Source: Trueperaceae bacterium (GTDB taxonomy: Bacteria > Deinococcota > Deinococci > Deinococcales > Trueperaceae). From it: a stretch of DNA of 64,000 nt. The first letter of the stretch is position 1. Each line of letters opens with the position of its first letter. A program made the translations under genes and the position numbers. The DNA lies in assembly GCA_035703635.1 (NCBI GenBank), contig DASSXV010000065.1:1-64000 (forward strand). Reading direction: 5' to 3'. This document shows positions 9,389 to 19,658 of this stretch, in pieces. The notes below the pieces were generated by a model. The model did no database searches. It saw nothing but the letters and a program-made list of their open reading frames with translations, and was not told the origin of the DNA.

Positions 9389-10579
9389 ATGAAGCGCATA
9401 CTCGCCACCCTCGTCCTCGCCGTACTCGCCTTCGCTGCGGCGCAAGGCGTGACCATCGGCGTCCTAGCGCCCCTAACCGGCGGCGCAGCCGGCACCGGCC
9501 AAGCCCAGAAGGCCGGCTTCGAGCTGGCCCTCGAAGAGATCAACGCAGCAGGCGGCGTACTCGGCCAGCCACTCAAGATGATCATCGAAGACACGAAGGC
9601 CGACCCCGCCACCGGCGTCGCCGCGTTCGAGAAGCTCATGACGGAGGACAACGTCGAGTTCATCGCTGGCGGCTACTCCTCCGGCGTGACCCTCGCCCTC
9701 GTCGAGTCGTTCAAGACCTTCCAGCCCATCGTTAGCTGGATCGGCGGCGCGGTCTCCGGCATCGGCATCGACAACTTCGACGGCATCGAGGAGCTCCTCG
9801 GCCAAGAGGAGTGGTTCTTCCACATCCACCCGTGGGATTACGCGAATACCGAAGCCTCGACCGCCTTCCAGGTCTACACCGGCGTAGACACCGTTGCGCT
9901 GCTCCACGAAGACGGCGCGTTCGGCGGCCCAGGCGCAGCAGGCGCCCAGGCGCTCCTGGAAGCAGCCGGCATGAAGGTCGTGCTCAACGAGGCCTTCAAG
10001 TCCACCCTGACCGGCGGCACGGGCGACTTCCGCGCTGCCATCAGCAAGGCAGCGGCCAGCGGCGGCGAGATGCTCTACTGGATCGCTTACGACGGCGACG
10101 CCCAGCCCCTCGTCAGCCAAGTCCGCGAACTCAACTACCACCCCAAGTACATCTTCGGCGCCCCTCCGGGCTGGCCGTCCGACTTCGACAAGGTGCCGGA
10201 AGCGCAGTGCGTTACCGGCATGATCGGCTACCTGCCCAACCTGCCCAACCCAGAGGCCAAGGCCTTCCTCAACAGCTACCAGGCCAAGTTCGGCACGGCG
10301 CCAGACAACTACATGGCCGCCCTCGCATACGCCAACCTCTGGAGCTATGCCGACGCCATCAACGCCGCCGGCACCACCGACCAGGCCGCCGTCATCAAGG
10401 CGCTGCAGGAAGGCACCTTCCGCTCGCCGATGGGCGACTGGAGCTTCAAGCCCTCCATCGAGGCCCTGCACCAAGGCTTCGGCTCCGAGATGTGGTTCAT
10501 CTTCCAGTTCCAGGACGGCGTCCGCGAGATCGTCTGGCCCGTCAACATCAGCACCTCGCCGCTGCAGACCTGCCCGTAA
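9389..10579 (+). CDS. LIV-type ABC transporter substrate-binding protein
   Basis: SD ggagg then MKRILATLVL signal peptide; IGVLAPLTG..INAAGGVLG..EDT typical of the LivK family. Confidence 0.88.
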   Translation: MKRILATLVLAVLAFAAAQGVTIGVLAPLTGGAAGTGQAQKAGFELALEEINAAGGVLGQPLKMIIEDTKADPATGVAAFEKLMTEDNVEFIAGGYSSGVTLALVESFKTFQPIVSWIGGAVSGIGIDNFDGIEELLGQEEWFFHIHPWDYANTEASTAFQVYTGVDTVALLHEDGAFGGPGAAGAQALLEAAGMKVVLNEAFKSTLTGGTGDFRAAISKAAASGGEMLYWIAYDGDAQPLVSQVRELNYHPKYIFGAPPGWPSDFDKVPEAQCVTGMIGYLPNLPNPEAKAFLNSYQAKFGTAPDNYMAALAYANLWSYADAINAAGTTDQAAVIKALQEGTFRSPMGDWSFKPSIEALHQGFGSEMWFIFQFQDGVREIVWPVNISTSPLQTCP

Positions 10580-10608
10580 GGTTCGCGACTAGCAACTTAC
10601 AAGCACCC

Positions 10609-10635
10609 GCCGGGGAGGGAGCGACCCTCCCCGGC
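10609..10635 (+). other. Intercistronic GC-rich hairpin after the SBP gene (mRNA stabiliser or attenuator)
   Basis: gccggggaggg-agcga-ccctccccggc, 11-bp perfect stem, no U tract. Confidence 0.6.
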
Positions 10636-10673
10636 AACCCATAACCGCGAAGGGACCCGGACGCTCCAACCTC

Positions 10674-11540
<867 letters not shown>

Positions 11541-11549
11541 GGGAGCGTC

Positions 11550-12635
11550 ATGAAGCGCCGCATCAACCCACTAGGCCGCGACCTGCTCCTCGCGCTGCTG
11601 TTCTTCGCAGTGCTGCTGTTCCTGCCGCCACTGCTACGGGCCGCGTTCGGGCGCGCGTCCGTGAGCTACTTGTCGCTCGGCATCAACGCCCTCGTGCTCG
11701 CCACGCTGGCGCTCTCGTGGGATTTGCTCGCCCGCACGGGCCAGTTGTCGTTGGCGCACGCCGCCTTCACTGGCGCGGGAGCCTACTCGACCGCCATCTT
11801 GCTGCGCATGGCTGACGTACCGCTCTGGCTCGGCATCCCGCTAGGTGGCGTCGTCGCTGCGCTGCTCGCGTTGGCGTTGGGATCGGTGACGTTGAGGCTT
11901 TACGGCATCTACTTCGCCATAGCAACGCTAGCCTTCACCGAGGTCCTCAAGACGGTCGTGCAGGAGTTGCCAACGAAGATCGCGGGCGGCGCGCCAGGCA
12001 TGAACGTGACCGCCCTCTTCAGGCCCGCGCTCGCACCAGGCATGGAGCGCTGGGAGCTGGCCTTCGTGCGTAACCAAGGTTACTTCTGGGTCTACGCCGC
12101 GCTACTGCTCGTAGCCGTCGTCATCTCCGTCTTCATCCAGCGCTCGCGCTTGAGGTCGGCCTTCACGGCCATCCGCACCAACGAGCTCGTGGCTGGCGTC
12201 ATGGGCGTCAACCCTGCGCGCCTCAAGCTGCTGGCCTTCGTGCTCTCCAGCTTCGTTGCCGGCACCCTTGGAGCGGTAGAGGCTCACCGCCTCGGCAGCG
12301 TGAGCCCGGATGGCGCTTTCGCCGTCTCCACCACCGTTCTCGCCCTGGTGACGCCGATATTCGGCGGTCTCTACACCACCGTCGGCCCCATCCTCGGCGC
12401 CCTCGTGCTAGCTGGCCTCGAGGAGACCCTCAAGCGCACGTTCGCGGACGGCTACCTGATCGGCTACGGCATCGTGCTGGTGGCGTCGATCCTCTTCATG
12501 CCGCGCGGCCTCGTCGGGCTCTTGAGTGGGGTGGCCAGGCGCCTCAGGCGGCAAGGCGGGAACCCGGAGGGCGGCATGAGCAGTGCCCGCGCCATAGCAG
12601 ACGAACCGTTCACTGCCCCGGAGGAGACGCCATGA
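11550..12635 (+). CDS. livM: LIV-type ABC transporter permease (LivM-like)
   Basis: TGQLSLAHAAF, GIYFAIATLAF, AIRTNE..A..MGVN. Confidence 0.88.
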   Translation: MKRRINPLGRDLLLALLFFAVLLFLPPLLRAAFGRASVSYLSLGINALVLATLALSWDLLARTGQLSLAHAAFTGAGAYSTAILLRMADVPLWLGIPLGGVVAALLALALGSVTLRLYGIYFAIATLAFTEVLKTVVQELPTKIAGGAPGMNVTALFRPALAPGMERWELAFVRNQGYFWVYAALLLVAVVISVFIQRSRLRSAFTAIRTNELVAGVMGVNPARLKLLAFVLSSFVAGTLGAVEAHRLGSVSPDGAFAVSTTVLALVTPIFGGLYTTVGPILGALVLAGLEETLKRTFADGYLIGYGIVLVASILFMPRGLVGLLSGVARRLRRQGGNPEGGMSSARAIADEPFTAPEETP

Positions 12636-13384
12636 GCGCGGCGCCGCTCCTCAGCGTCACGGGCCTAAGCAAGAGCTTCGGCGGGCTGCGCGCCGTGCAC
12701 GACGTCAACTTCCAAGTCTTCCCCGGCGAGATCTTCGCCATCATCGGACCGAACGGCGCCGGCAAGACGACGACCCTCAACCTCGTCTCCGGGCTGTTGG
12801 CGCCCAGCGCTGGCAGCGTCGCCCTCGCGGGGCAGGACCTCACCAAGCTGCCGTCTCACAAGCGTTGCCACCTCGGCCTCGGGCGGGCGTTCCAAGTCGT
12901 GCAGCCGTTCCCCGAGATGACCGTGCTCGAGAACGTGCTCGTCGGCGCCCAGTTCGGCTCACCTAACGTGAGCGCCGCCGAGGCGAACAGGCGCGCGGAG
13001 GTGGCGCTCGAACGTTCCGGCCTGGCCGCGCTACGCGACCAACCCGTCGAGGACCTCAACCTCTTGCAAGAGAAACGCCTCGAGATCGCCCGCGCGCTGG
13101 CCACCAAGCCGCAGGTGCTGCTGCTCGACGAGGTCATGGCTGGCTTGAGGCCCGCCGAGGCGCGCCTGGCAGTAGAGCTCGTGCGCGCCGTGCGCGCCGA
13201 AGGCGTAACGGTCGTGTTCATCGAGCACGTCATGCCGGTCGTACGCGACTTGGCCGACCGCGTGCTCGTCATGGACCACGGCTCCGAACTGGCGCTCGGC
13301 ACTTACGCGGAGGTAACCGCCAACCGCATGGTGATCGAGGCGTACCTCGGCAAGGAAGAAGACGAAGCGGAGGACGGCTTGTGA
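12632..13384 (+). CDS. livG: LIV-type ABC transporter ATPase (LivG-like)
   Basis: KSFGGLRAV, GPNGAGKTT, LLLDE, EAYLG. Confidence 0.9.
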   Translation: MSAAPLLSVTGLSKSFGGLRAVHDVNFQVFPGEIFAIIGPNGAGKTTTLNLVSGLLAPSAGSVALAGQDLTKLPSHKRCHLGLGRAFQVVQPFPEMTVLENVLVGAQFGSPNVSAAEANRRAEVALERSGLAALRDQPVEDLNLLQEKRLEIARALATKPQVLLLDEVMAGLRPAEARLAVELVRAVRAEGVTVVFIEHVMPVVRDLADRVLVMDHGSELALGTYAEVTANRMVIEAYLGKEEDEAEDGL

Positions 13385-14097
13385 GCAAGGCCCTTGACAT
13401 AGAGCGGCTGCGCGCGGGCTACGGCAAGATCACGGTGCTGTGGGAGATCGACCTACACGTCGAAGCCGGCGAGCTCGTGACGATCATCGGCGCCAACGGC
13501 GCTGGAAAGACGACGCTCCTGCGCGCCATCAGCGGCCTCATCCCTACCAGAACCGGCAGCGTGAGCGCGTTCGGCAACCGCCTAACGGGCCTCAGCGCCG
13601 CGCGCGTGGTGCGCTCGCAAGTCGGCCACGTGCCGGAAGGGCGGCAGCTCTTCCCACTCATGACGGTCGGCGAGAACCTGGAGAGCGGCGCCGAGTACCT
13701 GCCGCACGCGCGCGCCAACGCCAAGCGCAACCGCGCGTTCGTTTACGAACTCTTCCCCCGCCTGGAGGAGCGCCGCGGCCAGCTGGCTGGCACGCTCTCG
13801 GGCGGCGAGCGGCAGATGGTCGCCATCGGGCGTGCCCTGATGAGCAACCCGCGCCTACTGCTGGTCGACGAACCGTCGCTTGGCCTCTCGCCTTCCCTCG
13901 CCCTTACGGTGTTCAAGGCCCTCAAGCAGATCAACGAAGACGGCGTTACCGTCGTGCTGGTCGAGCAGAACGTGCAGCAGTCGCTGCGGATCGCCGACCG
14001 CGGTTACGTCCTCGAGAACGGGGAGATCGTCAAAGAAGGCACGGGCCGTGAACTCCTCGGCGACCCGGCCGTGCGCGAGGCCTACCTTTCGATGTAG
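13381..14097 (+). CDS. livF: LIV-type ABC transporter ATPase (LivF-like)
   Basis: GANGAGKTT, VPEGRQLF, LSGGERQM, DEPSLGL. Confidence 0.92.
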   Translation: MSKALDIERLRAGYGKITVLWEIDLHVEAGELVTIIGANGAGKTTLLRAISGLIPTRTGSVSAFGNRLTGLSAARVVRSQVGHVPEGRQLFPLMTVGENLESGAEYLPHARANAKRNRAFVYELFPRLEERRGQLAGTLSGGERQMVAIGRALMSNPRLLLVDEPSLGLSPSLALTVFKALKQINEDGVTVVLVEQNVQQSLRIADRGYVLENGEIVKEGTGRELLGDPAVREAYLSM

Positions 14098-14101
14098 CGC
14101 C

Positions 14102-15277
14102 CTACTGCGCTAGCAGGACGGGAACGTGCAGGGCGGCATCGTTCTGCGGGAGGTCAGATGGGTTGTCGCGGGCCAGCACGATGGTGGCCGCGCCGCCACG
14201 GTCGCCAGCCTCGAAGGCCACCTCGCCCTCGAACGGCACGAGGTCGGTCGTCATCCAGTCGCCCTGCGCCGAAACGCTGCCCTGGCCGATCACCGTGCCG
14301 TCTTCCGCCACGACCGTCACCGGGAACGACCCCTCGAAGTACCACTGCCCGACGGCCTCCCCGCTGAGTTGCAGCGGGCTCGTCACGCTGGTGCCAGGCC
14401 GCGGCGTCGCCAGGCGGATGAACGGTGCCAGGTCGGAGGTGCCAGAGGCCGGCCACGTTACGCTCCGGGTGCCGGACGGTAGCTTCAGGCTCACGCGCTC
14501 GAGCGCGTCACTCAGGTGACCAAGCACCGTTTGGCGGTCAGCGGCGGTGAACTCCGTGATGGTGCCCGTCGGATAGTTGCCGAACTGCGACTCCACGACG
14601 CGACTCGTGAACTCGTAGCAGCTTCCCGCCACGTACAGGCGCCGCAGCTCGCCGTTGGCGTAGGTGCCTGCCGCGCCGTCCATGAGCCCGGAGAAGCGCG
14701 CGGTGGACGCGGCGTCCGGTCCCTCTGGTTCGACGACTAACCCGGGTTGTAGCGACTGATAGCCGGACGGTTGAGCCAAGAGACACGAGGTCTGCGATGT
14801 GAGGTCCGCGCGCAGTTCGATGGCCGTGCCAGCCGCCCTGAAGTTCGTGCCAGCGTAGCTCCCTTGGGGCAAGTAGAGGCAGTAGTCGAACCCCTCGTCG
14901 CACGGCGGGATGGTGGACGTGGCCAGCAGCGGCTCGCCCGCGACGGCCAGGCTGAGGTCGGCCGGCACTTGCAGGGTGACTACGCCGCCGGTCAGCGTCA
15001 ACGAGGTCTCCGGGGCGAGGGTGTGGGTTGGCGTGGACGGTGCGGCGGACGCGGACGTGGCCGCCGGCGGCGTGCCAGCGGCTGCCCGCCCGGCCGCGGC
15101 TGCGGTTGCGGGTTCGGTTGCGGGTTCGGCCGCGGGTTCGGCCGCCGCCGCTGGCGGCGCTTCGTTGGATTGCGGCCGGGCGGGCTCGCCAACCAGCCGC
15201 GTGACCACCACGGCGACGAGCGCGATCACGATCACCGCGCTGAGGAGTACTGAGTACCTGCGCTTCATGGACGCCAT
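14102..15277 (-). CDS. Membrane-anchored secreted protein with C-terminal Gmad2-type Ig-like domain
   Basis: N-terminal TM, Ala/Pro linker, C-terminal SPLQLSGEA.GQWYFEGSFPV...GDWMTTDLVPF...DNPS. Confidence 0.65.
   Translation of the reverse strand: MASMKRRYSVLLSAVIVIALVAVVVTRLVGEPARPQSNEAPPAAAAEPAAEPATEPATAAAAGRAAAGTPPAATSASAAPSTPTHTLAPETSLTLTGGVVTLQVPADLSLAVAGEPLLATSTIPPCDEGFDYCLYLPQGSYAGTNFRAAGTAIELRADLTSQTSCLLAQPSGYQSLQPGLVVEPEGPDAASTARFSGLMDGAAGTYANGELRRLYVAGSCYEFTSRVVESQFGNYPTGTITEFTAADRQTVLGHLSDALERVSLKLPSGTRSVTWPASGTSDLAPFIRLATPRPGTSVTSPLQLSGEAVGQWYFEGSFPVTVVAEDGTVIGQGSVSAQGDWMTTDLVPFEGEVAFEAGDRGGAATIVLARDNPSDLPQNDAALHVPVLLAQ
15108..15143. repeat. Three in-frame copies of a 12-bp tandem repeat encoding the (A/T)EPA linker
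   Basis: gcgggttcggtt gcgggttcggcc gcgggttcggcc. Confidence 0.7.
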
Positions 15278-15357
15278 GTTGCACGCTTAGCAGGTGTGGA
15301 GGTCTGTGCGCTCCGCCCCTGGGCCTCAGCAGTCCTTAACGTTCCGCGCTAGTGACC

Positions 15358-16200
15358 TCATGCCCGCGCGGCCGCCAGTCCAGCCGCCACCTCGGGCAGC
15401 ACCTCACCCAGTCCGGCCTCCAGGCGCAGGCTGGCCTCGGCGTCCGCGCGCGTAGGTCCTTGGTTGACGACCGCCACAGGCTTGCCTTGCGCGATGGCTG
15501 ACTTCACGAAGCGGTAACCGGAGAACACCTCGAGAGACGAGCCGAGCACGAGCAGCGCGTCCGCCGCCGCCAGCCAGTTGCTCGCCTGGTCAACACGCAC
15601 GCGCGGGACGTTCTCTCCGAAGAAGATGACGTCCGGCTTGAGGACGCCGCCGCACACGGTGCAGACAGGCACGCGAAACCCCTGCGTGAGGGTGTCTGCA
15701 AGCGCGGCGTCACCGTCCGGGAGCAGCGCGACCTGCAGGTCAACGAACTGGGGGTTGAGGTCAAGTAACCGCACCTGAAGATGCTCGCGGGCCTCGCGCG
15801 TTCCGCACTCAAGGCAAGCGACTAGCGCGAGGTCGCCGTGCAGCTCGATGAGCGCCCTCGTGCCCGCCTTGCGGTGCAGCCCGTCAACGTTCTGCGTGAC
15901 GACGCCCGTTGTGAGGCCCAAGCGCTCGAGTTCCGTAACGGCGAGGTGCCCGGCGTTCGGCTGCCGCTCCGCCATGCCTCCCCAACCGACGGTGCTGCGC
16001 GCCCAGTAACGGCGCCTTGCCTCCTCGCCGCCCGTGAACTCTTGGAACGTCATCGGCTTAGGCGCAGGAGTGCGGCGGTGAACGCCGCGGTAGTCGGGGA
16101 TGCCGGAGTCGGTCGAGATACCCGCGCCCGTCAGGACGAGGCTCCGGCCTACTGCGAGGAAGGACGCTAGTTCCTCCACGCCAGCGCGCTCGTTGCTCAT
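15358..16200 (-). CDS. cobB: NAD-dependent protein deacylase, sirtuin class II (SIRT4-like)
   Basis: TGAGISTDSGIPDYR, TQNVDGLH, ELHG, two CxxC, LKPDVIFFGE, GSSLEVFSG. Confidence 0.92.
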   Translation of the reverse strand: MSNERAGVEELASFLAVGRSLVLTGAGISTDSGIPDYRGVHRRTPAPKPMTFQEFTGGEEARRRYWARSTVGWGGMAERQPNAGHLAVTELERLGLTTGVVTQNVDGLHRKAGTRALIELHGDLALVACLECGTREAREHLQVRLLDLNPQFVDLQVALLPDGDAALADTLTQGFRVPVCTVCGGVLKPDVIFFGENVPRVRVDQASNWLAAADALLVLGSSLEVFSGYRFVKSAIAQGKPVAVVNQGPTRADAEASLRLEAGLGEVLPEVAAGLAAARA

Positions 16201-16268
16201 GACTGATGCTACCGAGCGCGGGACCTCGCAGGAGCCGCTCGCGCGACCCTAAAGCGGTAGCATCGCGC

Positions 16269-17678
16269 ATGCTCAACCACGACACCTACGCCGCGCTCAT
16301 CAAAAGGGGCCGCAGCGCCGGAGCCGACTACGTGGAGGTCTACGCCGAGCGTTGGCGTCGCCGCCTGCTCCGGTCCATCGACGCCAACGTCGAGGAGGCC
16401 ACCAGCAGCTTGCTCTACGGGGCTGGCATCCGCCTGTTCTTCGGGACTGACGTCGTGTACGGCTACACGAACGACCTATCTGACGCCGCGCTTGGCGAGC
16501 TCCTCGGCAACCTGCTCGCCGTGCGCACTAGCGCGAACGGCGCGGCCGGCGTGCCTGACGCGGAGGGCCGCGGTGGCCTCGACCTACGCGTCCGCGACGC
16601 CGGCCCGTTCGTTCACGCGCCAGCAGTGCCGTTCGACGCGCGCAGCAAGGCGTGGCGGCTAGAGCGCCTGCGCGAACTCGACGCGGCCGCGCGCATAGCG
16701 CCGGAGGTCAAGCAGGTGGAGGGGCGGCTGCTCGAGTGGGAGCAGGACGTGTCGGTAGCGAACTCGGATGGCGTTGTGGCCGACGACCGCCGCGTGCGCA
16801 CGCGCCTGATCGCGCAGGTCATCGCGAGCAACGGCGTAGATACGCAGTCCGCGCACGAGGGTCCTGGCCTCTCGATGGGGTTGGAGCTTCTCGACCTGCA
16901 CCCCCCAGCGGCGATCGGGCGGCGCGCTGCCGAGGTCGCGCTCCTCAACCTGACCGCCCGCAAGGCGCCCGCGGGCAGCATGCCGGTAGTGATCGGCAAC
17001 GCCTTCGGCGGCGTCATCTTCCATGAGGCGCTAGGGCACCTGCTAGAGACGACGGCTGTCGCGCGCAACGCGTCCGCCCTCACGGACAAGCTTGGCGAGC
17101 TGGTGGCGTCAGACGTCGTGACTTACGTCGACGACGGCACGACGCCACACGGTTGGGGTTCTTCGCGCTTCGATGACGAGGGCGCACGGACCGAACGCAC
17201 GGTGCTCATCAACGCGGGCGTGCTCGAGAGTTACATGGTCGACCGCTGGGGCGCGCTCATGACTGGCTATCGCCCAACGGGATCTGGCCGCAGGCAGGAC
17301 TACACGTACGCCCCCACCTCGCGCATGCGCAACACCTTCGTGCTGCCTGGCACCACCCCGAAGGAAGAGCTGTTCGCCGGCATCGAATTCGGCCTGTACG
17401 CCAAGTCGATGGGCGGCGGGCAGGTCATGCCTGGGTCGGGTGAGTACAACTTCGCGGTCGACGAGGGCTACCTCATCCGCAACGGTCAGCTAGCCGAGCC
17501 CGTGCGTGGCGCCATGCTCGTTGGCAAGGGTCCCGAGTCGATAAAGCGCATCGTCGCCGTGTCCGACGACGTCTCGACTGCGCCAGGCATGTGCGGGTCG
17601 CTGTCGGGGTCGCTGCCTGTCGAAGTGGGTCAGCCGCACCTGCTCGTCAGCGAGCTGATCGTTGGCGGCGAAGCCTGA
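16269..17678 (+). CDS. tldD: TldD metalloprotease
   Basis: HEALGHLLE zinc motif, SGRRQDY..PTSRMRNT, GMCG. Confidence 0.92.
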   Translation: MLNHDTYAALIKRGRSAGADYVEVYAERWRRRLLRSIDANVEEATSSLLYGAGIRLFFGTDVVYGYTNDLSDAALGELLGNLLAVRTSANGAAGVPDAEGRGGLDLRVRDAGPFVHAPAVPFDARSKAWRLERLRELDAAARIAPEVKQVEGRLLEWEQDVSVANSDGVVADDRRVRTRLIAQVIASNGVDTQSAHEGPGLSMGLELLDLHPPAAIGRRAAEVALLNLTARKAPAGSMPVVIGNAFGGVIFHEALGHLLETTAVARNASALTDKLGELVASDVVTYVDDGTTPHGWGSSRFDDEGARTERTVLINAGVLESYMVDRWGALMTGYRPTGSGRRQDYTYAPTSRMRNTFVLPGTTPKEELFAGIEFGLYAKSMGGGQVMPGSGEYNFAVDEGYLIRNGQLAEPVRGAMLVGKGPESIKRIVAVSDDVSTAPGMCGSLSGSLPVEVGQPHLLVSELIVGGEA

Positions 17679-17680
17679 CC

Positions 17681-18508
17681 TCAGCAACTGCTGCTACGGC
17701 GCACGAGGTGAGTGCTAAGCAGCGTGCTACCAACTAGTGGTTGGCCAGACAACTGCGCCATCAACTGCCGCGCGGCGCGGCGGCCCAGCTCGACGACGTC
17801 GGCGGCCACCGTCGTAACGCCGGCCGCCTCCGCTTCTGGCCCATCACCGAAGCCGACCACGGCCAGGTCGTCTGGCACGCGTAACCCAGCCGCCAGCACC
17901 ACGGCTTGCGCCTCGATGGCCATGAGGTAGTCGGCCGCTATCACGGCGTCGCACTGCCCGCCACCTGCCAGGAAGGCGGCGAGGGCGTCGGCGGCTAGCC
18001 GCGGCGTGAACTCGCCGCGCAAGTAGTTCTCTGGTGGCACCGTCAGGCCGTGGCGCACGGCCTCGTCGCGGAACGCGGACTCGCGCTCCTGGCCGTCTAG
18101 CTGTGACGTGTCTCCCCCAACGAACACCGGCAGGCGCCTGCCGCAGGCCTCCACCACGTGCTGCATGAGCAGGGCGACGCCCTGGTGGTTGTCGAACATC
18201 ATGGTCGGCAGCTCGAGGTGCTGCGTGCCGTGGCTTATCAACGTGACGGGCAGTCCGGACTCCGCCACGACGGCCAGGTCGTCGTCGGCCACGGCGTTCG
18301 CGAGGACAAGCACGCCGCTTGCGCCACTGATGGCCTCGGCCACCTCCGCCCGCACGGCGTCCGGCGAGCGCAGGCCGACCAGGGGGTGGGCGGCGAGGCC
18401 AAACCCGTTGGCGGCCGCCACCTCCTCGGCGCCCTGCAGCACGCTCAGTTGGAAGACGCCCTCGAGGTTGTTGACTAGTACGGCGATGGTGCCTGCCGCG
18501 CGCTTCAC
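17681..18508 (-). CDS. LacI/GalR-type ligand-binding domain protein without an HTH
   Basis: FDNHQG, ERESAF, GLRVPDDLAVVGFGD, LVRRSS; begins directly at the ligand-binding domain. Confidence 0.75.
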   Translation of the reverse strand: MKRAAGTIAVLVNNLEGVFQLSVLQGAEEVAAANGFGLAAHPLVGLRSPDAVRAEVAEAISGASGVLVLANAVADDDLAVVAESGLPVTLISHGTQHLELPTMMFDNHQGVALLMQHVVEACGRRLPVFVGGDTSQLDGQERESAFRDEAVRHGLTVPPENYLRGEFTPRLAADALAAFLAGGGQCDAVIAADYLMAIEAQAVVLAAGLRVPDDLAVVGFGDGPEAEAAGVTTVAADVVELGRRAARQLMAQLSGQPLVGSTLLSTHLVRRSSSC

Positions 18509-19641
18509 GCGACCAACCCAAGTTCCGTGAGGTTAGCTAACGCAACGGCGCCCATCGCGCCAAGGCGGTTGGAGTAGGCGAGGGTCAACTCGAGGTCGTC
18601 CAGCGCCCCTTGCCCGAGCAGCAGGCCAGCTTCTGCGGCCAAGCGCTGCAAGAACACCTCGCCTAGGTCGGTTACGCCGCCAGCTAACGAGACCTGGGTT
18701 GGCTGCAGCAGGGAAACGATCCACGCGAGCGGACGGGCCAAGCCAGCCGCGAGCTCGAGCACGAGCTGCCGTGCGGTTGCGTCACCGCGCTCCTCCGCGC
18801 TGCGGACGTGCAGGTAACGCAAGCCACCGCCGCCTGGCAGCGTGCTGTGAGACTCACCGCTCAGTTCGGCCGCGCGCAGCTTGAACGCCGTCCAGCCTAG
18901 GCGTAGTTCGTCGATCATCGGCCCTGACAACTCGCTGCCGAAGTGCGCGCCGCTCGGGTGCAGCACCACGCCAAGCTCGAGGTCCTCATCGAGGATGAGG
19001 GTGACGAGGGTGCCCGTCTGGGCGTTGCTCTGCGGCCCGAAACTATGCTGCCCGAGCGCGCAGAGTTCGGCCAAGTTGCCGACGTGCACGGGCACGGCGA
19101 GCCTGGTGGTGAGGAGTTCGGCGAGGGGTGAGTCGTTGAGGTTGAGGACCGCAGACCTGCGCACGACGCCGGTGCCGGGCCTCACCCTGCCAGGTACGGC
19201 AACGCCGACGGCGAGCAGCGGGGCGTCTAGTTGCGGCAGCAGCGCAGCGACGACGCTCTGCACGGCGCTAAGGACCGCCTCTTCGCCAGTGCCGCGCAAG
19301 TCGAGGACGTGAACGGCGCTGCTCTCGCCAGCCAAGTCGGTGAGGACGGCGCTCACGCGCTCACCGCTCAGCGCGACGCCAATCAGGTGGCGCGCGCGCG
19401 GGTTGAAGGCGAGGAGCGTAGGGCGTTTGCCGCCGCTGCCGCTGGCGCGCCCGAGGCCTTCCTCGACGACGAGGCCCTCGTCGATGAGTTCGCCAACGAG
19501 GTTCGAGATGGTCGGCTTGGTCAGCCCGGTCACGGCGGCGAGGGCAGCGCGGGTGTTGACCTCGTCCTGGTAGAGCATGCGCAGCACGAGGCGGCGGTTG
19601 TGGTCGCGCAGTTGCTCACGCGTTGCCTTGATGGGCGTCAT
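18505..19641 (-). CDS. ROK family transcriptional regulator
   Basis: NRRLVL..TRAALAAVTGLTKPTISNLV HTH; GGKRPTLL; GVAVPG. Confidence 0.85.
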   Translation of the reverse strand: MTPIKATREQLRDHNRRLVLRMLYQDEVNTRAALAAVTGLTKPTISNLVGELIDEGLVVEEGLGRASGSGGKRPTLLAFNPRARHLIGVALSGERVSAVLTDLAGESSAVHVLDLRGTGEEAVLSAVQSVVAALLPQLDAPLLAVGVAVPGRVRPGTGVVRRSAVLNLNDSPLAELLTTRLAVPVHVGNLAELCALGQHSFGPQSNAQTGTLVTLILDEDLELGVVLHPSGAHFGSELSGPMIDELRLGWTAFKLRAAELSGESHSTLPGGGGLRYLHVRSAEERGDATARQLVLELAAGLARPLAWIVSLLQPTQVSLAGGVTDLGEVFLQRLAAEAGLLLGQGALDDLELTLAYSNRLGAMGAVALANLTELGLVA

Positions 19642-19658
19642 GGGCGAACCATACCGAG

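Noticed and set aside
15358-16200. Sirtuin as a defence NADase linked to the ARH island
   Set aside because: It is a canonical zinc-binding class II deacylase, 30 kb away in a housekeeping context
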